A DNA stretch of 61,880 bases, the filler included. It is 6 parts of 6 records of this genome, joined end to end, with 100 filler letters (N's around TTAATTAATTAA, not from the genome) between each part and the next. Parts side by side here need not be neighbours in the genome. Positions count along the whole stretch, not along the records: positions 24,767 to 35,653 come from SRR31156797_10434; positions 35,754 to 41,960 come from SRR31156797_10435; 4 more parts are not named here. One strand, 5' to 3'. The translations under genes were made by a program, and so were the position numbers. Of the stretch, positions 28,806 to 37,363 are shown piece after piece. Each line of letters starts with the position of its first letter. Positions within the stretch are counted from its first letter, which is position 1. The notes under the pieces were generated by a model. That model did not search any database, was not told the origin of the DNA, and saw only the letters and a list, made by a program, of their open reading frames with translations.

Positions 28806-31394
28806 CTAGAATTTATATCTAGATATAACAGGATCATGATCTGAACATTGTCCCATATAATCACTGTTAATATTTAGTATCTCTATCTCAGGAGAATTAT
28901 TTAGTAGTGCATCTGAGATAAATAATTGATCGATTGCTTGTGATTTTCCTTCGAAATTATATGTATATCTTTCATTAAATGGCAAAGTCTCAACTAAGTT
29001 AGTAAAGTCATTACCTTTTAGTACCTTCATTGGTTCTGAAGCATAGAATTCATTGAAATCTCCTAGCATGATTATGTTAGCATTGCTATTTTTTGAAAAT
29101 ACTTCTTTAGTAAATCCTCTAACAATTTCAGCTAATTTAACCCTTTTGCTTTCAGTGCTTAATGCAACTGGTTGATCTGCTCCCCATAGAGAACCATCCC
29201 CACCTTTTGAATTAAGGTGATTTCCGATTACGATAATTTTTTCGCCTTTGAATTCGAATTCCATAGCTAAACTTTTTCTAGTTCCTTCGAATATTGAAGT
29301 TCCGGGATAAACTCTTCCGGGATTTAACTTAAGACTACCTGTACTATCAACACCAGCATGATCCGTAGCACCAGCATCTCCTCTAGCTTCGAAACTAACT
29401 CTGCTAGATCTGTAGATAGCTGCAACTCTGATGTTTCCTCCAGGTTCCCCACCATCTTGGTAAGGTTCAGGATCGATATTAATAAATACATAATCATCAT
29501 AATCGCTATTATCAGATATTTCTTTTATTAATTCAGTTAATGTCTCATCTGCTGCTGATAGAGATGGATCAGAATCAGTAGATGAACCATATTCGTCAGG
29601 TCCGTCATTATCTTGTATTTCTGTAAATACAACTATGTCCGGAGCGTTCATGTTGCTATATATTGCTTCAGCAATTTCAGGAATTTTCTCATGACCTCCA
29701 TGCATATTTTCAACATTGAAAGTTGCAACTGTCAGATGATCAGCGTCGCCTTCCAGATTTGTTTTAGGTTTTGCTGATAATGTAGTTGTAGATGATCTAG
29801 AGCTGCTAGGTGTTACAGTTGTTAGTGGAAGTACAGCGTATTCCCCTGAACCAAATAGGTTTACATTGTAGATACAGATACCTTCAACATCTCCAAGTTC
29901 GTCTCCTACATTTACTATTAAGTTAGTATAACTGTTTCCACCAGCTTGATCTCCGTCAGCATTTCTAAATGCATGATCAACAAATCTGATTATTTCAGGA
30001 TTATAGTAGTTTTTATCTACATCGATAATTAACCCGCCTTTATCAGTTAGTTGATAACTATTAGAAGTGTCCTCAGCTCTTACATACATACTAAAATATG
30101 ATTTACTGTCATAAGCATCAGTTTTTCCACCTTTAGTTCCAACAACTATTGGATTAACTATTTTAACGTACATTCCTTCAAGACTTTCCCAGAATCCTAC
30201 TCCGTCTGTTACATCAATAGACAGTGCAGAGTTTAAATTTCCACTGTAGTATGAAATTCTGTCACTTGGAATAGTTCTAGTTGAACCTTCGCCGATTATT
30301 ATAGCGCTTGGTAAGTCAACGCTTTCTTCTCTAACAGTTACTTTGCTAATATTTGTAAGAGTTGTTCTAGTTAACTCAGTGTCTGTATAAGTTTCAGTAA
30401 CTTGACCTGTTACTTCTACATAATTTCCAACAGCAATTTTTGATGAGAAAGAACTGTATTCAGAACTACTCATAGAAACGAAAATTGCATCAGAAGTGAT
30501 ATTGCTATCGTCTCCATATCTATCTTGCATGTAGAAACCATATAGATTATCTGAACTGTCACTTACATAAGCAGTGATGATTCCTCTAGTACTTAGGTTA
30601 ATACCTATGTACTCAGATTGATATCTGCTTCCCTGGATATCATAGATAGGTATGATACTGTCAGTTAAATCATCACTGAAGTTAGTAACTTTAGAATTAA
30701 CTTCGCTGATATTAGGGAATACTGTGATGTTTTCTAAGTAACTTACTAATAAATCTGTAGCCTTTTGATCTGTTTCAATTATAGAGTAGTAGTTGAATCC
30801 ATTTCCGTAGTAATATCCCGGGAAGCTAGATTTATAATCATACTCATAATATGAAAAAGCTACTTTGTATCTTTTACTTTCGTCAAGTGTTTCATCATTT
30901 ACTAATACATTATAGTTTTGTACTACACCACCCTGAATATTGATGTCATATTCAATTCCGTTTGTATGAATATCAATATTAGAGTTTTTAAGTGTTCTTT
31001 CCATGATGAAATCTTTGATTGAAGAACCACTCATATAAGTAGTACAAATTTTGTCTTTTGAATCTGTTTGATTATATAAATCTTTTAAGTCCTCTTCAGT
31101 TATTCCAACTAATCTATTATCTATTCCACTGTTTTCAAGATTGATTTGAAATTCTACTTCGTCATCATTTAAATTTGATGTAGGGTAGAAAACAACATCA
31201 ACGTCTAATTCTTGTTGAATAGCTTCTGTTATAAGATTAGCTGCAGTAGTTGAGATATAATCCTTGTTAGAATTATTCAAACTAATATCTGAAGTTAATT
31301 TTTTAGTGGATGTATCGACATCTTGATTACAAGATGTCAACACAACCAGACTTAAGAGTAGTGATGATATAATAAAAAATTTATTTTTATACAA
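28806..31394 (-). CDS. Lipoprotein EEP-family nuclease with OB fold and N-terminal 5'-nucleotidase-C-like domain
   Basis: AGGAGG RBS + TTG; lipobox LTSC; GFYMQD...TSDAIFV OB fold; ATFNVEN, TEIQD, NHLNSKGGD, GDFNE and SDHDP. Confidence 0.85.
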   Translation of the reverse strand: MYKNKFFIISSLLLSLVVLTSCNQDVDTSTKKLTSDISLNNSNKDYISTTAANLITEAIQQELDVDVVFYPTSNLNDDEVEFQINLENSGIDNRLVGITEEDLKDLYNQTDSKDKICTTYMSGSSIKDFIMERTLKNSNIDIHTNGIEYDINIQGGVVQNYNVLVNDETLDESKRYKVAFSYYEYDYKSSFPGYYYGNGFNYYSIIETDQKATDLLVSYLENITVFPNISEVNSKVTNFSDDLTDSIIPIYDIQGSRYQSEYIGINLSTRGIITAYVSDSSDNLYGFYMQDRYGDDSNITSDAIFVSMSSSEYSSFSSKIAVGNYVEVTGQVTETYTDTELTRTTLTNISKVTVREESVDLPSAIIIGEGSTRTIPSDRISYYSGNLNSALSIDVTDGVGFWESLEGMYVKIVNPIVVGTKGGKTDAYDSKSYFSMYVRAEDTSNSYQLTDKGGLIIDVDKNYYNPEIIRFVDHAFRNADGDQAGGNSYTNLIVNVGDELGDVEGICIYNVNLFGSGEYAVLPLTTVTPSSSRSSTTTLSAKPKTNLEGDADHLTVATFNVENMHGGHEKIPEIAEAIYSNMNAPDIVVFTEIQDNDGPDEYGSSTDSDPSLSAADETLTELIKEISDNSDYDDYVFINIDPEPYQDGGEPGGNIRVAAIYRSSRVSFEARGDAGATDHAGVDSTGSLKLNPGRVYPGTSIFEGTRKSLAMEFEFKGEKIIVIGNHLNSKGGDGSLWGADQPVALSTESKRVKLAEIVRGFTKEVFSKNSNANIIMLGDFNEFYASEPMKVLKGNDFTNLVETLPFNERYTYNFEGKSQAIDQLFISDALLNNSPEIEILNINSDYMGQCSDHDPVISRYKF

Positions 31395-31406
31395 TGTTAA
31401 TCCTCC

Positions 31407-33884
31407 TTAATCCACCGTATGTGTTCCAAGGTTATCGAATGCATTTGTATGATCTGACTTGATATCTTGGCTATCCCATTCAGATTCAGTATATGTCGTA
31501 TTTCCTGTTGAAATAGATGATTTTCTTTTCAAAACAACATCTTCAGCAAATTTGTTTTGAACTCCTAAAACTCCAATAATATCAATTGTTTCAGAACCTT
31601 TTAATAAAACTAAAGGGTCATCTCCATTATAATTAGCAGTTCCTGATGTCAGATCAACATTATTAAATGTTTTACTTTCATCTGAAGTGTAGGCAACTAC
31701 ATAAACATCATTTGCAGCTAGTGTTCCACTTAAATTAATAGTATATGGTTTAGCTAAATCACCGTTAACATACTTGATTACACTATATCCAGACAAATCA
31801 ACATTGCTAGATGAATTATTGTATATCTCGAAAGCTTTATAGTTTCCTTTTTCAATATATTCTGAGAAGAATAAGCTTTCAGTTGAGCTAATAACAATAT
31901 CGTCAGCACTAACTACATGTAATTGATAGTTAGTAAAAACGGAAACAATGGCAGTAACATCTATAGTATCCCCTTCATTGATTCCAGTTAAAGTAGGTAT
32001 TTTATACATATTAATAGTATTTGTACCATCACTGATTTCAGTAGAACCACCTGTGTTAATAGTTCCAATAGTTACGTTTTTTATAGTAACAATTTCCCCT
32101 TCGTAGTCTTCACCAATTTGATCAATAGTAATCGTTTGAGTGCTAGGAAGAGTGTTTCCATTAGATAATACTTCAACTGTAAAGTTTTTGATTTGATTTA
32201 GTCCTTTGTATTCATCAGTAGTTCCAGTCACTTTAATGTTATCACCGATTTCATAAGTTGTAGTATCATCTTCTGATTGGCTATAGATGCAAATTCCAGC
32301 GGAATCATCTTGGATAAATATCTTACTACCAGTACTAGTAACAATTCCTTCTGTAGTTACTTCAGTTCCAGTGGCTTCAGCTCGTGCAGCTGAGATTGTA
32401 ATAGCAGCGCTAGAATCATCAGATTTTGTAACCACATCATCAGTCGATCTAGGAACAATTTTGTATGCACTATAGTTGTAAGTAACGACTCCTGTAACAC
32501 TAGCATAAGTTTCTCCAACAGTTACATACTCAGCTGAAGAACTAATGATGAAAGAATTATTGTTTTCATCAGTACATGTATAGTTTTTAAAATCATCAAC
32601 TGAGTTAACAGTGATGTTTTTAATAATTACTAATTCACATTCAACGCTTTCTCCAATTCCACTTGCAGTTACTTCCTCAGGAGTAATAGCATCAGCGCTA
32701 GTATTTACGCTATCTACTGTATAATCTTTGATTTGGAACAGATCATAGAATTCATTAGTTGTTCCAGTTATAGTAATTTCATTACCAAGCTCAAAAGTAG
32801 TATCATTAGTCTGTGTATAAAGTAGAGCTCCGGCAGTGTCATCTTGTATATATATAGATGAACCTGAAGTTGTGATAGTCCCAGTTACCGTTACTTCAGT
32901 ACCTGCGTCAGCTGCTCTAGCTTGTGCAAGTGTAGTACCAGATGAACTAGGTGAACCTGTTTTAACAATAAAGTCTGATAATTGGAATGTTGTAGTTAGA
33001 TTATTGTTACCATCACCACTGTATTTGAACGCTACAAAGATTGATTGCCCAGTATAAGCTGATAATCCGAATTCAGAAGTATAAACATCTGAATAACCAC
33101 TTGTATTAGTATCTCCCTGTGCCATTGAAGTATCAGTCCAAGTAGCAGCACTAACGTCTCCTGAGAAATCAGTTGAGATAGAGATAGTTAACCCAGCGTG
33201 TTTGTAATAACCATTTTTAATTCCTACGCTTAATGTAGAGTCTTTTGTTAATGAAATGCTTGGAGAAACTAGCCATGCAACATTTTCCTCACCAGAATTA
33301 TATGAACTGATGCTAACATAACCTTCATCATTGTAAGATCCTTGTGTCCAAGTTTTCGATCCTGTAATTGCAACATTTGTCCAACCTCTATCTGTAAAGC
33401 TGTCGTCGGCAAAAGTTTCTGTGTAGACAGTTGATGAACTTTCATCTTCATCTTCATCTTCGATAACTTCTATTTCTGATAATGCACTATTTGTATCAGT
33501 TTTAATAGCAGTAATAATAACATGCTCTGATGATGTGCTTTCAAGACATGCTAAAATCAGGTCAAGATTACTAACAGCTGAATTAAGTTTTGTTTCATCC
33601 GCACTTCCTGAATTAAGCATCTGCTTATAAAGTAGTGATGCATTCTCAGCATATGTAGTAACATTTGCTAAATCAGTATCGTTTAATGAATCGCATAATG
33701 CTTTATTATCTACATCTACTCTGAATTCTTCTAATTCACAGTATGCTTTATTTATTAATTGAAGCTCTAAACTAGAGTTCTCAGTAACAACATTACTTAC
33801 TTTTGGTTCTTCGTTACAACTTATCAGCATAAATAAACTACAAAGAATTAATAGAGCTGATAGTTTAAACCTTTTCTTCATCAA
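31407..33884 (-). CDS. Multi-domain surface lipoprotein (adhesin-like jelly-roll, repeated OB folds, C-terminal lamin-tail domain); no catalytic domain seen
   Basis: Lipobox LISC; AWLVSPSI...FVAFKY; repeats ARAA..GTEVT..G..T..GS.IYIQDD.AG; FFSEYIE..NYKAFEIYN. Confidence 0.75.
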   Translation of the reverse strand: MMKKRFKLSALLILCSLFMLISCNEEPKVSNVVTENSSLELQLINKAYCELEEFRVDVDNKALCDSLNDTDLANVTTYAENASLLYKQMLNSGSADETKLNSAVSNLDLILACLESTSSEHVIITAIKTDTNSALSEIEVIEDEDEDESSSTVYTETFADDSFTDRGWTNVAITGSKTWTQGSYNDEGYVSISSYNSGEENVAWLVSPSISLTKDSTLSVGIKNGYYKHAGLTISISTDFSGDVSAATWTDTSMAQGDTNTSGYSDVYTSEFGLSAYTGQSIFVAFKYSGDGNNNLTTTFQLSDFIVKTGSPSSSGTTLAQARAADAGTEVTVTGTITTSGSSIYIQDDTAGALLYTQTNDTTFELGNEITITGTTNEFYDLFQIKDYTVDSVNTSADAITPEEVTASGIGESVECELVIIKNITVNSVDDFKNYTCTDENNNSFIISSSAEYVTVGETYASVTGVVTYNYSAYKIVPRSTDDVVTKSDDSSAAITISAARAEATGTEVTTEGIVTSTGSKIFIQDDSAGICIYSQSEDDTTTYEIGDNIKVTGTTDEYKGLNQIKNFTVEVLSNGNTLPSTQTITIDQIGEDYEGEIVTIKNVTIGTINTGGSTEISDGTNTINMYKIPTLTGINEGDTIDVTAIVSVFTNYQLHVVSADDIVISSTESLFFSEYIEKGNYKAFEIYNNSSSNVDLSGYSVIKYVNGDLAKPYTINLSGTLAANDVYVVAYTSDESKTFNNVDLTSGTANYNGDDPLVLLKGSETIDIIGVLGVQNKFAEDVVLKRKSSISTGNTTYTESEWDSQDIKSDHTNAFDNLGTHTVD

Positions 33885-33898
33885 TTTTTCCTCCCAAC

Positions 33899-34714
33899 TT
33901 AGAATTCTTTGATTTCAGTTTCTTTACTACCTTTCCAGTAATTAAGAGTGTTTAATTTTGCCTGAGTTCTTTCTTCAGCATTTAAATTCTCAAAATTTTC
34001 AGCTAAAGCATCTTGATATTCACCATACATTAAGTTTGGTACTAAGATTTTTTTAGCTCCCATATCTTCTGACATAGCAAAAGCTTCAGAGTTTCTGCTT
34101 TTTAAATTCTCAGATAATGCAGGGTTAAATGAATTTAAGCTGGTAGAGATAAACATCGCAGTTTCATTTTCTAAATTTCTTGCAGATACTTCACTAGAGA
34201 CAAGTTTTACATCTCCTTTTACTCCGATTTTTTTGATATTGCTAACTGTAGCATTAGTAAATTTCTCACCTCTGTCAGATACATAGATTACTTCTACTTT
34301 ATCTGATACTGAGTTTAAGAATTCTACTGAACCAACTACAGCCGGAGCGTCTTGTGAATTTACCCATCTAGTATAATCTTCTATATTATTAGTTTTGTCA
34401 TTGATTACTAACCAAGCTAAATATGGAGTGTTGTCCAGTACAACTTCATCAATATCAACATAAAGTTTTGTGATTCCGTTATCAGTGATTGAATCTTTAG
34501 CTATGTTGAAAGCTTGATACACAAGAGCGTTATACTCTCCTGCATCCTGTTGCCATAAAAGAGCTAATTTACTTTCGTCGTTTACTTTTGCATGTACAGA
34601 AGTTTCCTTTGCTTCTACTTTTACTTCACTTGTTTTATTTTTTACGTTACTACATGCTACTGATGATATTAAGATAGCAAGTAGTAAAGATTTTTTTAAA
34701 TTTTTATTCATCAT
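33899..34714 (-). CDS. Class C acid phosphatase/e(P4)-like lipoprotein with degenerate HAD motifs
   Basis: Lipobox SVAC; WQQDAGEY, DIDEVVLDN, YVSDR and PNLMYG; motif IV GD..DF replaced by STSLNSF. Confidence 0.75.
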   Translation of the reverse strand: MMNKNLKKSLLLAILISSVACSNVKNKTSEVKVEAKETSVHAKVNDESKLALLWQQDAGEYNALVYQAFNIAKDSITDNGITKLYVDIDEVVLDNTPYLAWLVINDKTNNIEDYTRWVNSQDAPAVVGSVEFLNSVSDKVEVIYVSDRGEKFTNATVSNIKKIGVKGDVKLVSSEVSARNLENETAMFISTSLNSFNPALSENLKSRNSEAFAMSEDMGAKKILVPNLMYGEYQDALAENFENLNAEERTQAKLNTLNYWKGSKETEIKEF

Positions 34715-34720
34715 ATCCTC

Positions 34721-35560
34721 CTATTCACCATCCCAAACATTTAATCTTGTTTGTCTCATTTCTGATTTCTCTTTTGTTGAAGTTTCTTCACCGGTCATTT
34801 TATTGTAGAATTCATTGCTTACACCTTTTGCTTCGAAATCTCCATAAGTTGGATTAGGAATTACAATCCAGTTATAACCGAATTGATATCTGTTTTTATC
34901 TGTGAAATTGTTTCTATATTCATTATCTCTCTCAAAAATTTCGTTACTGAAATCTGTTAATTGATCTCCAATTAGCATAGTGATATCGTATCCTAATGAT
35001 TCAAGGAACTCTCTTCTGCTAGTTTTATCAGATGTTTCAGTTTTTAAGTAGATGTGATTTTTATTAACTTGTGCAAACCCAAGTCTTTTTAAGTTTTTCA
35101 TGGTTTCTTTCAGACTTGAATCTGATCTGTTAGATACATAGAATATATCCATTTTGTTTTTAGCTACGAATTTTGAAAATTCAACAGCTCCAGGGATTGC
35201 ATCTGCGTCTTTTTCATTTACCCATTCTCCCCAAGTAGAACCGTCGAAACCTTCACCTGAGTTGATTCTCCATGCTGCATATGGTGAATTGTCGATCATT
35301 GTCTCATCAAGATCAACTACAACCGCTAATTTTTGTCCTTTTTTAGCTGCCTGCTTCATCTCCATTAGGTTTTTCTCAGCTGCATTAAATGCTTGTACAG
35401 CTAGCATTTTATATTCTGCTGATGTTTGAATCCAGTTAACTGCATTTACTGATTCCATTTCTAATGATTTTTCAGTAAAATCTGCTGCGTCTATATTTAT
35501 TGCTGCTGCTGATAATAGTGCCGCAATTAATAGTTTTTTATATTTTATATTTAGCATCAT
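34721..35560 (-). CDS. 5'-nucleotidase, class C acid phosphatase e(P4) family
   Basis: WIQTSAEY, DLDETMIDNSPY, YVSNR, KTSRR, IGDQLTDF and PNPTYG; Sec signal without lipobox Cys. Confidence 0.9.
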   Translation of the reverse strand: MMLNIKYKKLLIAALLSAAAINIDAADFTEKSLEMESVNAVNWIQTSAEYKMLAVQAFNAAEKNLMEMKQAAKKGQKLAVVVDLDETMIDNSPYAAWRINSGEGFDGSTWGEWVNEKDADAIPGAVEFSKFVAKNKMDIFYVSNRSDSSLKETMKNLKRLGFAQVNKNHIYLKTETSDKTSRREFLESLGYDITMLIGDQLTDFSNEIFERDNEYRNNFTDKNRYQFGYNWIVIPNPTYGDFEAKGVSNEFYNKMTGEETSTKEKSEMRQTRLNVWDGE

Positions 35561-35564
35561 TATT

Positions 35565-35650
35565 CTCCTTTGTTGTTTTTCTATAGTCAGAATGCTTTAT
35601 AGATTTTTTTAAGTCAAAATGAGTCAATTTGACTTTGAACTAAAAAATCT
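35565..35650 (-). promoter_or_regulatory. Conserved hairpin/leader element upstream of the e(P4) gene (copy 1)
   Basis: AAGTCAAA-9 nt-TTTGACTT hairpin, plus an RBS-proximal segment similar to 41901-41932. Confidence 0.45.
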
Positions 35651-35653
35651 TCT

Positions 35654-35753
35654 NNNNNNNNNNNNNNNNNNNNNNNNNNNNNNNNNNNNNNNNNNNNTTA
35701 ATTAATTAANNNNNNNNNNNNNNNNNNNNNNNNNNNNNNNNNNNNNNNNNNNN
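35654..35753. other. Artificial contig spacer
   Basis: Ns + TTAATTAATTAA + Ns. Confidence 0.98.
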
Positions 35754-35754
35754 C

Positions 35755-36267
35755 TTGTTAGCATTGAATGCAGCGATTGAGGCAGCGAGAGCTGGAGAAG
35801 CAGGAAGAGGATTTAGTGTAGTTGCTGAAGAAATAAGAAAACTGGCAGAACAAACAAATGGAGAAACAAGAAAAATCGAGGGCATAATTAATAATATTCA
35901 AGGTGAAATAAGAACTGTAAAAGAAGCAAATGATGAAGTTGAATCAGATGTTGTAAAAGCACTTAAAATAACAGAAACAGTAAAAAATGCAATAAAAGAA
36001 ACAATTGAAATAATAAATAAAAATGATTTTGAAATTGGAAATATAGCTAAAACAATAGAAGAGCAATCATTGTCAACAACTGAAATAACTAAAGCTGTTG
36101 AAAATATAACTAATAGTTCAACAGAGATAGAGCAATTATCGCTTAAGAATACAGAGATAGCTGATGAAATAGGAGGAGTTCTTGAAAAGAAACTTATAAA
36201 ATTAAATGAATTAGTTGAGTTAACTGGAAAACTTGAAAGTAGTGTAGGTGGCTTTAGAGTTAGATAA
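35755..36267 (+). CDS. Methyl-accepting chemotaxis protein, C-terminal part (5' truncated)
   Basis: [31 protein letters not shown] hairpin-tip signature. Confidence 0.95.
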   Translation: MLALNAAIEAARAGEAGRGFSVVAEEIRKLAEQTNGETRKIEGIINNIQGEIRTVKEANDEVESDVVKALKITETVKNAIKETIEIINKNDFEIGNIAKTIEEQSLSTTEITKAVENITNSSTEIEQLSLKNTEIADEIGGVLEKKLIKLNELVELTGKLESSVGGFRVR

Positions 36268-36522
36268 ATAATAAAAAGAACTGACTGAAAATTTAATCTC
36301 CTCTTCACTTAATTCAGTAACTAATTTTTTCATTGAATCAAGAATAACATTGCATTCTCTTTGTATATTTATTCTTCTCTCAATCTACAGTCGACGATGT
36401 CATACTAGTAGATAGGGTGTCAAATGTTTTGTTATAATAAATAATAGAAATATTGAAATAGTTTAAGATTTAGTGTAAAATAATTTGTGATAATGTGAAA
36501 ATTACTTAGGAGGAAAAGGGAA

Positions 36523-37326
36523 ATGAAAAAACTTACATCAATTTTATTAGTAATATTTACAGCACTGGCTTTGATATCATGTTCAAGTGCACCTGTTACA
36601 GGTAGGAAGCAGTTGATCTTAGTTAAGGATTCTGACATTATGAAAACTAGTTTTCAGCAATATGATGATTTCTTAGCACAGAATAAGCTGAGTACTGATA
36701 AACAAGCAACAGAAATGGTTAAAAGAACAGGTGATAAGATAAAAACAGCTGTAGAAAAATATTATAAAGATCAGGGAATGTCATCTGAGTTAAAAGGTTA
36801 TAAGTGGGAGTTTAACTTAGTTGAAGATGATGCAATAAATGCCTGGGCAATGCCTGGAGGGAAAGTTGTAGTTTATACAGGACTTCTGAAAGTAGCAACT
36901 AATGAGAATGAACTTGCAGTTGTAATGGGGCATGAGGTAGCACATGCGGTGGCAAGACACGGAAGTGAGAGATTAAGTCAGGGAATGATAGCTGAATTTG
37001 GTGGAAAAGCACTAAACGAAGCATTAAAAGATAAACCGGATGAAACTCAGAAAATTTGGATGGGAGCATACGGTGCCGGGGCAAATGTAGGAGTTATGTT
37101 ACCATTTAGCAGACTTCATGAATCAGAGGCAGATCATCTGGGAATAATCTTCATGTCAATGGCTGGATATGATCCAAGTGTAGCAGTAACATTCTGGGAG
37201 AAAATGTCAAAAGCCGGTGGAAAAGGACAGTTAGAAATTTTAAGTACTCATCCGTCTGATGATACTAGAATTAAAGATTTGAAAAAAGCGATACCTGAAG
37301 TTAAGAAGAAATATTACAAGAAATAA
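36523..37326 (+). CDS. M48-family zinc metallopeptidase lipoprotein
   Basis: Lipobox LISC; INAWAMPGG, GHEVAH, FSRLHESEAD and LSTHP. Confidence 0.92.
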   Translation: MKKLTSILLVIFTALALISCSSAPVTGRKQLILVKDSDIMKTSFQQYDDFLAQNKLSTDKQATEMVKRTGDKIKTAVEKYYKDQGMSSELKGYKWEFNLVEDDAINAWAMPGGKVVVYTGLLKVATNENELAVVMGHEVAHAVARHGSERLSQGMIAEFGGKALNEALKDKPDETQKIWMGAYGAGANVGVMLPFSRLHESEADHLGIIFMSMAGYDPSVAVTFWEKMSKAGGKGQLEILSTHPSDDTRIKDLKKAIPEVKKKYYKK

Positions 37327-37330
37327 AAAC

Positions 37331-37354
37331 AAGCGGGATTAATTTCCCGCTTTT
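37331..37354. terminator. Intrinsic terminator
   Basis: AAGCGGGA/TCCCGCTT stem with T-tail, between convergent genes. Confidence 0.7.
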
Positions 37355-37363
37355 AAAATTTAA

